Shown: positions 32,559 through 43,267 of the stretch, one piece after another | How the letters are laid out: the number at the start of each line of letters is the position of its first letter | How positions within the stretch are numbered: position 1 is the first letter of the stretch | Assembly: GCA_963772835.1 (NCBI GenBank) | Contig: CAVYYZ010000002.1 | Coordinates: 288,001-352,000, forward strand | From: an uncultured delta proteobacterium | GTDB lineage: Bacteria > Desulfobacterota > Desulfuromonadia > Geobacterales > Pseudopelobacteraceae | DNA length: 64,000 nucleotides | Reading direction: 5' to 3' | Notes under the pieces: model-generated | Database searches by the model: none | What the model was told of the DNA's origin: nothing | What the model saw: only the letters and a program-made list of their open reading frames with translations | Program-made: the position numbers and the translations under genes

Positions 32559-33611
32559 ATGACACAGTCACGAACAGTTTCAGAACTGGCTGAGTATCTT
32601 GGCGGCGTTGTGCAGGGGGACGGATCGGTATTGATTTCCGGTCTGGGCGCCCTTGAAACAGCCACCCCGGACACCCTGACATTTCTTGCAAATCCGAAAT
32701 ATGCTTCCAGAGTTTCAGAAACATCCGCCGGGGCCGTCCTTATGGCACCTGGCGGTGACCGTTACGGTCGCACCGTTATTGAAGTAGCCAACCCGTATCT
32801 CGGTTTCGCCAAACTGCTGACACTCTTCTACACAACCCCTCACGAACCGGTGGGGGTTCTTCCGGGAGCCATTGTCAGTGATTCGGCCGTCATCGGCACC
32901 GGTGTCAGCATTTATCCGGGAGCCTGCGTCGGCAGGAATGTTGTCATAGGCGACCGAACGGTGGTTTATTCAGGCTCTGTGCTCTACGACAATGTCATTA
33001 TCGGTGAAGACTGCACCATCCACGCCAATACCGTTATTCGCGAACGCTGCCGCATTGGCAGCCGCTGCATCATTCAACCCGGTGCGGTGATCGGATCTGA
33101 CGGTTTTGGATATGCCCCTGACGGCAGAGGCTACTACCGCATCCCGCAGATCGGCATTGTCGTACTGGAAGATGATGTGGAAATCGGGGCGAACAGCTGC
33201 GTAGACAGGGCCGCTATCGAAGTAACTCGCATTTGTCGCGGCACAAAACTCGACAATCTCGTACAGGTCGCCCACAACTGCCAGATCGGCGAAAACTGCA
33301 TGATCGTGTCTCAAGTGGGCATTTCAGGCAGCGTAAAAATAGGGAATCATGTCACTCTTGCCGGCCAGGTTGGCGTAGCCGGCCATCTCACCATCGGTGA
33401 CAATGTCCTTGTTGGCGGCCAGTCCGGCGTATCAGGTTCTCTGCCGGCAAATGCCGCATATAGCGGGACTCCTACCATGCCGCACAAAGAATGGCTGAAA
33501 TCTGCCATGGTTATGCCCCGCCTGCCGGAATTGAAAAAAACAGTTTCAGCCCTTCAGAAACGTGTTGCAGAGCTGGAAGCCCAAATAAACCCTAACAGTC
33601 AGGAGAATTAA
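32559..33611 (+). CDS. lpxD: UDP-3-O-acylglucosamine N-acyltransferase
   Basis: [32 protein letters not shown], hexapeptide repeats. Confidence 0.96.
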   Translation: MTQSRTVSELAEYLGGVVQGDGSVLISGLGALETATPDTLTFLANPKYASRVSETSAGAVLMAPGGDRYGRTVIEVANPYLGFAKLLTLFYTTPHEPVGVLPGAIVSDSAVIGTGVSIYPGACVGRNVVIGDRTVVYSGSVLYDNVIIGEDCTIHANTVIRERCRIGSRCIIQPGAVIGSDGFGYAPDGRGYYRIPQIGIVVLEDDVEIGANSCVDRAAIEVTRICRGTKLDNLVQVAHNCQIGENCMIVSQVGISGSVKIGNHVTLAGQVGVAGHLTIGDNVLVGGQSGVSGSLPANAAYSGTPTMPHKEWLKSAMVMPRLPELKKTVSALQKRVAELEAQINPNSQEN

Positions 33612-33612
33612 C

Positions 33613-34044
33613 ATGCAACTGGATATCAATGAAATAATGAAAATCCTTCCGCACCGCTATCCATTTCTGATGGTGGACCGTATAATCGAAGTGGAGCAGG
33701 GGAAACGCTGTGTCGGCATAAAAAATGTTACGATCAACGAACCGTTTTTTCAGGGGCACTTTCCCGGCCACCCGGTCATGCCGGGGGTTCTGATCATCGA
33801 AGCGATGGCTCAGGTTGCCGGCATAATGGCATATCTGGCATCCGATGAAGCAACCCGCTCCAAGGTTACCTACTTTCTTGCAATCGACAACGCCCGCTTC
33901 CGCAAACCTGTGTCTGCCGGCGATCAGTTGCGCATAGAGATAACAACAACAATGAACAGGAGAGGTATCTGGGGAGTATCCGGCAAAGCGTTTGTCGGCG
34001 ATGCACTGGTAACCGAGGCCGATCTTAAGGCTACGTTTGCGTAA
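33613..34044 (+). CDS. fabZ: 3-hydroxyacyl-ACP dehydratase
   Basis: LPHRYPFLMVD, FFQGHFPGHPVMPGVLIIEAMAQ. Confidence 0.97.
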   Translation: MQLDINEIMKILPHRYPFLMVDRIIEVEQGKRCVGIKNVTINEPFFQGHFPGHPVMPGVLIIEAMAQVAGIMAYLASDEATRSKVTYFLAIDNARFRKPVSAGDQLRIEITTTMNRRGIWGVSGKAFVGDALVTEADLKATFA

Positions 34045-34244
34045 TCACCGGCCTCAGGTAAACAGGGCATATGAATAAATAGTGTACGCCCTCCACGATA
34101 ACAAGGGTTCGTATATTCAATACATGAACTCTGGAAAGCAGAGCCGTTTCGCACGTAGTAGTAAAAGAAGTAAAATAACTTGTAACGAACCTAATAACAT
34201 TCTGATCCCTCCTTTTGTGAAGGGGGACTGACAGGAGAAACATC

Positions 34245-35027
34245 ATGATCCACCCGACTGCGATAATCGATCCAACAGCCAACCTGGCTACAGACGTAGA
34301 AGTCGGCCCTTACGCCATCATCGGCAAACATGTGACGATCGGCAAAGGGACGATTGTCGGCGCTCATGCTATCATTGGTAACTGGACTGAAATCGGTGAG
34401 AATAACCAGATTTTTCACCAGTCATCGGTCGGAGCACCGCCGCAGGATCTCAAGTACCGTGGTGAAGAGTGCTGGACCAGAATCGGCGACAGCAACATCA
34501 TTCGTGAGTTCGCCACGATCCACCGGGGTACCGTTACCGGTCACGCAGAAACTGTCATCGGCAACGGCAACATGTTCATGGCTTATTCTCATGTGGCTCA
34601 TGACTGCCGTATCGGCAACGGCGTAATCATGGCAAATGTGGCGACCCTGGCGGGACACGTTACCATTGAGGACAACGTCATCATCGGCGGTCTGGTTGCC
34701 GTTCACCAGTTTACTTCCATCGGAATGAATGCAATGGTTGGTGGCGGTACAATGGTTAGTCTGGACATACTCCCCTATGCGATAGCTACCTCCGCCCGAC
34801 GTCGTGACACCAAACTGCGCGGACTGAACCTGATCGGCCTCAAGCGGCGCGGATTCTCCGCTGAGACAATCAACAATCTGAAAAAAGCATATAAGACTCT
34901 CTTCATGGCCGGCCTCAAGCAGGCAGAGGCTGTTTCCCGCATTAAAACTGAAATAACCGGGTGCCCTGAAGTCGATTATCTGCTTGCCTTTATTGAAAAT
35001 TCAAAACGCGGAATCTGTCGCGGATGA
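34245..35027 (+). CDS. lpxA: acyl-ACP--UDP-GlcNAc acyltransferase
   Basis: IHPTAII, PQDLKY, IREFATIHRGT, HVAHDC, LAGHV, VHQF, GLNLIGLKRRGF. Confidence 0.96.
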   Translation: MIHPTAIIDPTANLATDVEVGPYAIIGKHVTIGKGTIVGAHAIIGNWTEIGENNQIFHQSSVGAPPQDLKYRGEECWTRIGDSNIIREFATIHRGTVTGHAETVIGNGNMFMAYSHVAHDCRIGNGVIMANVATLAGHVTIEDNVIIGGLVAVHQFTSIGMNAMVGGGTMVSLDILPYAIATSARRRDTKLRGLNLIGLKRRGFSAETINNLKKAYKTLFMAGLKQAEAVSRIKTEITGCPEVDYLLAFIENSKRGICRG

Positions 35028-35968
35028 GTGTCCTGAAAACGGCCGTTATAGGTGTCGGCTACCTTGGAAACTTTCATGCCCAGAAGTATGCCGCCATTCA
35101 GGATGTCGAACTGGTCGGGGTCGTGGATAGTGATCCAAAACGTGCGGCTGAGATTGCCGCAGCGCTGGGAACCCGGGCATTCAGCGATCATCGTGAACTG
35201 ATAGGAAAAGTAGATGCTGTCAGCGTTGTAGTTCCAACACAATTCCATCACACTGTGGCGCGTGATTTTCTTGCTGCGGGGGTGCATGTCCTGATCGAAA
35301 AGCCGATTACCGTCACGATTGAAGAAGCGGATGAACTGATTGCACTGGCGGATGAAAACAGGCTGGTTTTTCAGGTCGGCCACCTGGAACGTTTCAACCC
35401 GGTTCTGCAGGCGCTAAACGGAGTTCTTCAGGAACCGCTCTTTATCGAATCGGTCCGCATTGCCCCCTTCAAACCACGCGGTACCGATGTAAACGTTGTT
35501 CTTGACCTGATGATCCACGATATCGAGATTATCCAGCATATCGTCAAATCTCCCGTAGAGAGGGTCGACGCCGTCGGTGCACCGGTTTTTACCGGCGAAG
35601 AGGATATCGCCAATGCCCGTATACTTTTCGAGAACGGGTGCGTTGCCAACGTTACCGCCAGCCGCATCAGCCTGAAGAGCGAACGTAAAATGCGTATCTT
35701 CCAGCGCAACGCATACATTACCCTCGACTTTCAAAACCGGAAGATGCTGGTAGCCCAACAGGGGGTCGGCGAATTGTTTCCGGGAATTCCCAACGTGAAA
35801 GTCGAAGAGCGTGAACTGGGTGAAGCAGATGCGCTGCGGAACGAGATCGAGTCCTTCCTGAACGCGATTCGCGAGAAGAAAGCACCCGAAGTGAGCGGCC
35901 GCGATGGCCGAATGGCGTTGGAAACGGCGCTCAAAATCAATCTCAGTCTTTACAGGAGACCTTCATGA
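35024..35968 (+). CDS. gnnA: Gfo/Idh/MocA oxidoreductase, GnnA-like (UDP-GlcNAc 3-dehydrogenase)
   Basis: GVGYLG, EKP, GHLERFNP, DLMIHD; lies between lpxA and lpxB. Confidence 0.8.
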   Translation: MSVLKTAVIGVGYLGNFHAQKYAAIQDVELVGVVDSDPKRAAEIAAALGTRAFSDHRELIGKVDAVSVVVPTQFHHTVARDFLAAGVHVLIEKPITVTIEEADELIALADENRLVFQVGHLERFNPVLQALNGVLQEPLFIESVRIAPFKPRGTDVNVVLDLMIHDIEIIQHIVKSPVERVDAVGAPVFTGEEDIANARILFENGCVANVTASRISLKSERKMRIFQRNAYITLDFQNRKMLVAQQGVGELFPGIPNVKVEERELGEADALRNEIESFLNAIREKKAPEVSGRDGRMALETALKINLSLYRRPS

Positions 35969-37059
35969 TACCGATGGTGGATCTGAAAACCCAATATCAC
36001 GATCTAAAAACGGAGATCGACCGGGCAGTACTCGATGCAATTGAGAGTACCCAGTTCATTCTGGGGCCAAATGTTTCCTCCTTTGAGAAGGAAACAGCAG
36101 AGTATCTGGGAGTAAAACATGCCATTTCCTGTGCGTCCGGCACTGATGCGCTGCATCTTGCCATCCTGGCTGCAGGGATCAAGGAGGGTGACGAAGTAAT
36201 TACCACTCCCTTCACATTCATCGCAACCGCCGAAGCGATCTGTTACGCGGGGGCCACTCCGGTTTTTGTCGATATCAATCCCCGGACCTTCAACATAGAC
36301 CCTGCCTTGATTGAAGCAGCCATTACACCCCGCACTAAAGCTGTTGTTCCGGTCCATCTTTTCGGACAACCGGCCGACATGACTCCGATCAAAGCACTCT
36401 GCCTCAAGCACAAGCTGATGCTGATTGAAGACTGTGCTCAATCATTCGGTGCGGCGGTTGATGGCGCAATGACCGGAACCCTCGGGCCTCTGGGCTGTTT
36501 CAGTTTTTTCCCCAGCAAAAATCTCGGCTGCTACGGTGACGGCGGCCTTGTCACCTGTGCTACTGATGAACTGGCTGAGCAGATCAAGGTGCTTCGCAAC
36601 CATGGCAGCCGGGTTCGTTACCACCATAGCGTAATCGGGTTCAACAGTCGTCTTGATGACATTCAGGCGGCCATTCTGAGGGTAAAACTCCGGAAAATTG
36701 ATGAATTCAACACCGGCCGCCGGCGCGTCGCCCACCTTTACTCAGAATTGCTTGGCGACATCGTGACCGTGCCGTATGAGGATGGCACAGGTGTTCACGT
36801 ATATCACCAGTATACCGTGCTGACTGATCGTCGTGATGCTATCATGGCAAAACTATCTGAAAAACAGATTTCATCCGCTGTCTATTACCCCATTCCCCTC
36901 CATAAGCAGGATGTCTTTACTGAAGCGTACGCCGGCATCGCTCTCCCGGTTGCAGAAAATGTTGCCAGCCGCTGCATGTCACTCCCGGTCTACCCGGAAA
37001 TGTCTGAAGTGTCGGTTCGTCTGGTCGCTCAGACCATTCGAGAGGCGTTGGTTGGATAA
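35965..37059 (+). CDS. gnnB: DegT/DnrJ PLP aminotransferase, GnnB-like
   Basis: SGTDAL, EDCAQ, SFFPSKNLG, NSRLD; follows gnnA. Confidence 0.8.
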   Translation: MIPMVDLKTQYHDLKTEIDRAVLDAIESTQFILGPNVSSFEKETAEYLGVKHAISCASGTDALHLAILAAGIKEGDEVITTPFTFIATAEAICYAGATPVFVDINPRTFNIDPALIEAAITPRTKAVVPVHLFGQPADMTPIKALCLKHKLMLIEDCAQSFGAAVDGAMTGTLGPLGCFSFFPSKNLGCYGDGGLVTCATDELAEQIKVLRNHGSRVRYHHSVIGFNSRLDDIQAAILRVKLRKIDEFNTGRRRVAHLYSELLGDIVTVPYEDGTGVHVYHQYTVLTDRRDAIMAKLSEKQISSAVYYPIPLHKQDVFTEAYAGIALPVAENVASRCMSLPVYPEMSEVSVRLVAQTIREALVG

Positions 37060-38253
37060 CCACATCAGCCTACTCATGAATACGCGTCGCATAATGATCG
37101 TGGCCGGCGAGGCCTCCGGAGATATCTATGGAGCAGCCCTCGTTCAGGAGGCATTAAAGCATGCCCCTGATCTGCATTTCTCCGGAATCGGCGGGGCCCG
37201 CATGCGTGAAGCCGGAGTAGAGACTCTGGTGGACTCTGCGGATATGGCCGTTGTCGGATTGGTAGAGGTAATCAAGCACTTTGATGTAATTTCAACGGCC
37301 TTCCGCACACTGAAACAGATCATCCTGAATTCCCCCCGGATCTGCTGATCCTGATAGATTACCCCGGATTCAATCTTCGTCTGGCCAAAATCGCCAAAAA
37401 AGCCGGCGTCAAGGTGCTGTTCTACATCAGCCCTCAGATATGGGCATGGAGGAAAGGACGGGTTCATAAGATCGCCCGGCTGGTCGACCATATGGCGGTT
37501 ATCCTCCCATTCGAAGCACCCTTCTACGAGAAAGCGGGAGTACCGGTAACTTTTGTAGGACACCCCATGCTTGATCTGGTCAATGTCATTTTTAACCGCT
37601 CTGCTGCCGCAGCCAGTTTTAATCTCGACCCATCACGTAAAATTGTCGGACTCTTTCCCGGCAGCCGGCGCAACGAAATTGAGCGACTCCTGCCGGTTAT
37701 AATTGCTTCCGGCTGTAAACTTAAAGAACAGTTTCCGGATATTCAGTTTATTGTACCGCTGGCATCCACCTTACAGGGAGATGACATAGTCTCACAGTTT
37801 GCTGCCGCGGATCTTGACGTCACGATAACACGCGACCGCATCCACGACATGATCCGGGCCTGTGACGCCGTAATCTCCGTTTCCGGTACGGTTACCCTTG
37901 AGATCGCTCTGGTAGGGACACCGATGGTGATCATATATAAACTCTCACCGGTTACCTATCAGCTGGCTAAACGACTGATAAAAATCGACAACATCGGTCT
38001 CTGCAACATTGTGGCAGGTGAAACCGTTGTCCGTGAATTGATACAGGACGAAGCGACCCCTGAAGCAGTTGCGGCGGAGGTCGGAAAGCTGCTTACCGAC
38101 TCTGATTACCATTCCGCAATTACTGACAAGCTTGGTGCCGTGCGTTCAAGGCTGGGCCGTGGCGGTGCATCGGCTAACGTCGCCCGTCTCGCTCTCTCGT
38201 TATGCGGCCGGAGCGTAAATACAACTACAGATGTCCCTGAGCTGCACTCATGA
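37052..38253 (+). pseudogene. lpxB: lipid-A-disaccharide synthase split by a 1-nt deletion in a C6 tract (37332-37337); sequencing artefact likely
   Basis: N part IMIVAGEASGD...ILNSP, then the other frame continues PDLLILIDYPGFNLRLA...SPQIWAWR, FVGHP, PGSR, SGTVTLE; one extra C restores the ORF. Confidence 0.88.
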
Positions 38254-39164
38254 AAAAAGTTATCTGGATGATACAGGCGGCACTTTTCTATCTATTCACA
38301 CTTTTTGTAGCAACCCTCCCACGCTCACAATCAATCCGGATCGGCACAAAGACCGGCATATTTCTGTTTAATATTCTCCACAGCCGCAGGTCAATCGCGA
38401 TCGACAATATCAACAGGGCCCTCCCCTTCATGAAGCGCCACCCCTCCTGGACAGGGGCCTTTGAAACTGCTGATGAAATTGCTCTGGCGACGTTCATCAA
38501 TCTGGGCATCTCCATAGTTGAAGTATGCCGGTTGTATCACGGCAAAGGAAATAAGCTTATTGATTCGATGGAAGTGCATGGCCTGGAAAACTTCCGGCAC
38601 GCAAAAGACAAGAATAACGGCGTACTCTGTATCAGCGGGCATTGCGGCAACTGGGAGCTGATATCCCTTTCCTTTAAACAGCACCTGAATGCGAATGTAT
38701 GGGCAATCGCCAGAAAACAGAACAATCCATATCTCAATACTATCGTCGAAAAGATGAGGATGGGATATGGCAATAAGGTGATTTACACCAGAGCTGCCAC
38801 GAGACCGATCCTTGGCGTTATAAAAAGCAAGGGTGTCATCGGCATGCTGGTTGATCAGGCGGTCTTTGCCGACAACGGTGCCCTGATTGAGTTTCTCGGC
38901 AGAAAAGCATGGGCTAACAAAGCTCCGGTTATATTCGCTCACAAAACAGGAGTTCCGATTGTCCCCGTTTTCGGCTACAGGGAAAATGGCAGGCACATTT
39001 TGACTTTTCTCCCGGAGTACACACTGTGCGGTGACCGCACGGAAGAGGGTATCCACCAGGACATTCAGGCGTTGTCGCGTTATCTGGAAGAGTTTGTCTG
39101 CGCCCACCCTGCAGACTGGTACTGGGTCCATCGCCGCTGGAAACGGGCAGGAGAACCGGTATGA
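38250..39164 (+). CDS. lipid A late acyltransferase (LpxL/HtrB family)
   Basis: HCGNWE, LVDQ, PADWYWVHRRWK. Confidence 0.88.
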   Translation: MKKVIWMIQAALFYLFTLFVATLPRSQSIRIGTKTGIFLFNILHSRRSIAIDNINRALPFMKRHPSWTGAFETADEIALATFINLGISIVEVCRLYHGKGNKLIDSMEVHGLENFRHAKDKNNGVLCISGHCGNWELISLSFKQHLNANVWAIARKQNNPYLNTIVEKMRMGYGNKVIYTRAATRPILGVIKSKGVIGMLVDQAVFADNGALIEFLGRKAWANKAPVIFAHKTGVPIVPVFGYRENGRHILTFLPEYTLCGDRTEEGIHQDIQALSRYLEEFVCAHPADWYWVHRRWKRAGEPV

Positions 39165-39844
39165 GTCCTAAAACGCGTGATTTCGCACTTCCTGTTGTTT
39201 TCCTCATTCTGGCCACCATCGCTATTGCTGCGACCGGTGCCGACCTTCTCGTCTCCGCACCGTTCTGCATCAACGGAAAATGGCCGGTAGGGGAACTGCA
39301 GCCGTGGCATATGCTGTATCAGTTCGATAGATGGCCCGCGGTTATGCTTGCCTGTTCCGGTCTGGCTGCCGCTCTCATCGGCTGGTTCAGCAAGCGGCGG
39401 CGCAGCTGGGTCAGGCCGGGACTTTTTCTCGTTATCCTCCTGGCTCTTGGCCCCGGACTGATTGTAAATTCAGTATTCAAAGAATTTTGGGGGCGGCCGC
39501 GACCGAGGGAAATAGTCCAGTTTGGCGGCACGAAGGATTTTTTACAACCCTGGCAGAAAGGGGTGTCTCATGGCGGCCGCTCGTTCCCTTCAGGACATTC
39601 TTCAGCAGCTTTTTATCTGTCTGCGCCTTTTTTTGTGCTTAGACGTCGCAAGCCGCGAATGGCCGCGTGGTGGATGGCGGGTGGGCTCCTCTTCGGCATC
39701 CTGATGAGTATTGCCCGCATATCCCAGGGAGGACACTTCCTGAGTGATACTCTCTGGGCGTGGGGGATGGTCCACCTTTTGGCGGTGGCGCTTTATTACC
39801 TGCTGCGCCTCCATCATGATGAAACACCTTCTGCGGCTTCGTAG
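39161..39844 (+). CDS. PAP2-family membrane phosphatase (candidate lipid A phosphatase)
   Basis: KEFWGRPRP, SFPSGH, ARISQGGHFLSD; multiple TM segments. Confidence 0.88.
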   Translation: MSPKTRDFALPVVFLILATIAIAATGADLLVSAPFCINGKWPVGELQPWHMLYQFDRWPAVMLACSGLAAALIGWFSKRRRSWVRPGLFLVILLALGPGLIVNSVFKEFWGRPRPREIVQFGGTKDFLQPWQKGVSHGGRSFPSGHSSAAFYLSAPFFVLRRRKPRMAAWWMAGGLLFGILMSIARISQGGHFLSDTLWAWGMVHLLAVALYYLLRLHHDETPSAAS

Positions 39845-39851
39845 CCGGGGT

Positions 39852-41135
39852 ATGTTTTTTTTCGCCTATAACATACTCTCCCTCTTCCTGCTGATTCCGG
39901 TCTTTCTGTTCAATATATTCCGTTCCTTCAATCTCGGGTGGCCGTTGGCGACTGCTGAGCGTTTCGGGTTTGTCCGTCAGGACAGGCTGGCAATAATAGC
40001 AGGTCGACCGGTTATATGGCTGCACGCCGTTTCGGTCGGTGAAATAATTGCATCAAGACCCCTTCTTAAAGCTCTCCGGAAAAGGTATCCCGGACATGCA
40101 ATCGTAGTAACAAATACAACCGAAACCGGTAAAACGACTTCTGCCGGTTTCCCGGAGATTGACCTCTGCCTCTACTTCCCGTTCGATTTTCTCCTTTCAG
40201 TGCGATCCCTGCTGCGCTCAGTCAGGCCTCAGATCATAATCGTGATGGAGACCGAAATCTGGCCCAATTTCAGCCGTCAGGCCTCCCTGCATAATGTTCC
40301 GCTGATTCTGGCCAACGGCCGCATTTCAGACCGTTCTTTCAACCGCTATCTCACATTCGGCTGGTTTTTCCGCCCCGCACTGCGCTGTTTTTCTGCGATC
40401 TGCATGCAGTCGGAAACCGGCCGCCAGCGCATCGCTGCTATCGGGGCTGTTCCGGAAACAATACGAATCACCGGCAACCTCAAAAACGACATTCCGTCTC
40501 ATCAGGTACATGAAGAAGAACGGAGGCGCTTGCGCCGTCGGTATTCGATCCCGGAGGAGGGATGTGTATTGACTGCCGGCAGCACCAGGGACGGAGAAGA
40601 ACAACATGTCATCTCCGCCTACAGGAAACTGGCTGAAGAGATCGGTAACCTGTTTCTCGTTCTCGTTCCCAGACACCCGAAACGAACGGGAGAAATAGCA
40701 GTGCTGCTTGAAAATGCCGGACTGCGTTACCATAAACGTACGGAACTTCAGGAAAACAGTCTGCTTCTGCATGGTGAAGTGCTTCTGGTGGATACCGTCG
40801 GTGAAATGATGAACCTGTATGCATTGTCAGATATTGCGTTTGTCGGCGGAAGCCTGGTACCACTCGGCGGGCACAATCTGCTGGAACCGGCTTCAGTGGG
40901 AGTGCCGTCGGTTTTTGGCCCGTATATGTCCAATTTCAGTGAAATCGAAGCACTGGTTCTGCAATACGGCGCCGGAATACAGATCCATACTCCTGAAGAG
41001 TTGACCGCTACCTGTCGGGCATTAATTACGAGTGAGGAACTGCGAAGAGTACTGGGGCAGAACGGCCTCAAATTGCTGCGGGACAACGGTGGCGCAACAG
41101 AGCGGCATATGCAGGTCATAGCAGGATATTTATGA
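39852..41135 (+). CDS. waaA: Kdo transferase
   Basis: WLHAVSVGE, ETEIWP, NGRIS, TGNLK, VPRHP, GGHNLLEP; ATG at 39852. Confidence 0.94.
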   Translation: MFFFAYNILSLFLLIPVFLFNIFRSFNLGWPLATAERFGFVRQDRLAIIAGRPVIWLHAVSVGEIIASRPLLKALRKRYPGHAIVVTNTTETGKTTSAGFPEIDLCLYFPFDFLLSVRSLLRSVRPQIIIVMETEIWPNFSRQASLHNVPLILANGRISDRSFNRYLTFGWFFRPALRCFSAICMQSETGRQRIAAIGAVPETIRITGNLKNDIPSHQVHEEERRRLRRRYSIPEEGCVLTAGSTRDGEEQHVISAYRKLAEEIGNLFLVLVPRHPKRTGEIAVLLENAGLRYHKRTELQENSLLLHGEVLLVDTVGEMMNLYALSDIAFVGGSLVPLGGHNLLEPASVGVPSVFGPYMSNFSEIEALVLQYGAGIQIHTPEELTATCRALITSEELRRVLGQNGLKLLRDNGGATERHMQVIAGYL

Positions 41136-42220
41136 ACTCAACGATTCACACGTACTGGAGAGGAATCGCCTCCGGCAGTCGCACCGGATTGATCGACAAT
41201 CTGGGGCTGCTGATTCTCACGCCGGTGGCATGGCTGTATTCCTACGTTCTACAACTGCGGGCACAGATGTACCGGAGCGGCATTCTGAAGACGCACCACC
41301 TCCCCCGCCCGGTGGTTTCTATCGGCAATATAACCGTGGGGGGGACAGGCAAGACTCCTGTAACCGCCTACATTGCCCGGATTCTTCTGGCGCAGGGGTA
41401 CCGGGTGGCGGTACTTTCACGCGGGTATGGAGGGGCGTTAGAGGGGCAAACCAGCGTCGTCAGCGACGGCACCACGATTATGCTGAACGCTGCGGAGTGC
41501 GGAGACGAGCCGTATCTGCTGGCATCAACAGTCCCTGGACTTATGGTTGTGATCGGCCCGGACCGGTATGCTGCCGGTCTATTGGCACTACAGCAGCTTG
41601 CTCCGGATATTTTCATTCTGGATGACGGATTCCAGCACCTCCGCCTGCATCGCGACCTTAATATTCTGCTGCTGGACTTCTCCCGCCCGTTCGGGAACGG
41701 GCTGACACTGCCGGCCGGAATGATGCGGGAGCCTTCAACCGCTGTCCGTCGGGCTGACCTGGTGATATTTACGCGCGCCCCTAAAGAGACGACGATGAAC
41801 AGCGAGACGGGGGGAATTCCCGGTTGCGTATCGTGCCACACAATTGGTGATTTTCTCCCTTTCAACAGAAGTGCGGCCGTTCCGGCTTATACGCTCGCAG
41901 AGCAGAGTGTGCTGGCATTCGCCGGCATTGCAGACTCTGACTCGTTTTTTGCAGGATTGCGCGAACGTGGGCTTAATCTGGTTCACTGCCTCACATTCCC
42001 GGATCATGTCGTTTACGACAGTAACCGGTATAAAGAAATTGCCGATGCCATGCGGACAAGCGGAGCGGATATTCTGATAACAACGGAAAAAGACGGGGTG
42101 AAACTGAAGGGTTTACCGGAGGAGTATGCAGCCCGGACACTACTCGCCCGGTTGGATCTGACGATGAGCAACCCGGATCTTCTGAAAGAAAAACTGAACA
42201 AACTGCTTCAAACAAAATAA
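41132..42220 (+). CDS. lpxK: tetraacyldisaccharide 4'-kinase
   Basis: SIGNITVGGTGKTP, SRGYG, GDEP, LDDGFQH, TTEKD. Confidence 0.96.
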   Translation: MNSTIHTYWRGIASGSRTGLIDNLGLLILTPVAWLYSYVLQLRAQMYRSGILKTHHLPRPVVSIGNITVGGTGKTPVTAYIARILLAQGYRVAVLSRGYGGALEGQTSVVSDGTTIMLNAAECGDEPYLLASTVPGLMVVIGPDRYAAGLLALQQLAPDIFILDDGFQHLRLHRDLNILLLDFSRPFGNGLTLPAGMMREPSTAVRRADLVIFTRAPKETTMNSETGGIPGCVSCHTIGDFLPFNRSAAVPAYTLAEQSVLAFAGIADSDSFFAGLRERGLNLVHCLTFPDHVVYDSNRYKEIADAMRTSGADILITTEKDGVKLKGLPEEYAARTLLARLDLTMSNPDLLKEKLNKLLQTK

Positions 42221-42238
42221 GCGGTTTGTCCACTTTTT

Positions 42239-43267
42239 TTAAAGATACTCTGACCGCCACATCTGGACTTTCTCAAGGACATCACGCACCGTGATTCGCC
42301 CCATGCGGTCGGGTCGATTCTCCATCGAGACCGGATAATCTTCGCCGGGCTCACCGTAGGCATCAATCACAAGATCGTTGAATTTGCGGTACGGCCCGAC
42401 CCGCTTCGGGTTGGAAAACCCCATCAGGGCCACGACCGGGCGATCAAGCGCCACCGTGATATGAAGCGGCCCCGTATCGAGCGAAATAACCAGTGCCGCC
42501 CCCTCCAGAATTCCGACCAGACCTCGTAAACCACCATTTCCCAAGGCACTCAAGGGGGGACGTTTCGCCTTTTCCAGGATGATCCGTTCACACTCGACTT
42601 CTGCCGGCGAGCGCCCTCCTACCAGCACCGGCTGGACTCCGAAATCAGAATAAAGCGCATCGCAGACCTCTGCCCACCGTTCAGGAATCCAGTTTTTTTG
42701 CAGTTTGCTGGTCGCCACAACGATCGGTACTGCCGGGCGTTCGAGGCGGGAGTAAAAACTTTTCTGCCAGGCGCGTTCCTCATCGTTCCACGGTCCGAGC
42801 CCCCAGGTAACCGGTTCGGTCGGAGCTCCCAGCCAGTCACAGAATTCAAGGTACTGATCCTGTACGTGCTGCATCGCATGAGGAGGAATTCGGTGAGTGG
42901 TAAACAGCCAGTTAAGATCACGGGCACGGGCGAAATCAAAGCCGAGCTTTACCGTTGCATGTATAAATGAAGTGATTATATTAGCTTTGAAATACACCTG
43001 GAGATCAATGACGAGATCAAACCTGCGGCTGCGCAGTTCCTCGCGAACTGCAAGGAATCCGCGAATCCCCTGAGTCCGATCGAAAATAATAATTTCATCG
43101 ACCAACCTGTGGCCGCGTACCAGCATGGCCGGGCCCGGCTGCAATACCCATGTCACCTGCATGGCCGGGTTTGCTTTCTTAAGGGCGTGCAGCACCGGCA
43201 GTACATGCACCGTATCACCCACGGCACTCATCATGACGATACATACACGATCTGATGCAACTTTCAT
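42239..43267 (-). CDS. GT9 heptosyltransferase (OpsX/WaaC-like)
   Basis: SAVGDTVH, DLVIDLQ, SLDTGPLH; ATG overlaps the upstream stop (TGATG). Confidence 0.85.
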   Translation of the reverse strand: MKVASDRVCIVMMSAVGDTVHVLPVLHALKKANPAMQVTWVLQPGPAMLVRGHRLVDEIIIFDRTQGIRGFLAVREELRSRRFDLVIDLQVYFKANIITSFIHATVKLGFDFARARDLNWLFTTHRIPPHAMQHVQDQYLEFCDWLGAPTEPVTWGLGPWNDEERAWQKSFYSRLERPAVPIVVATSKLQKNWIPERWAEVCDALYSDFGVQPVLVGGRSPAEVECERIILEKAKRPPLSALGNGGLRGLVGILEGAALVISLDTGPLHITVALDRPVVALMGFSNPKRVGPYRKFNDLVIDAYGEPGEDYPVSMENRPDRMGRITVRDVLEKVQMWRSEYL

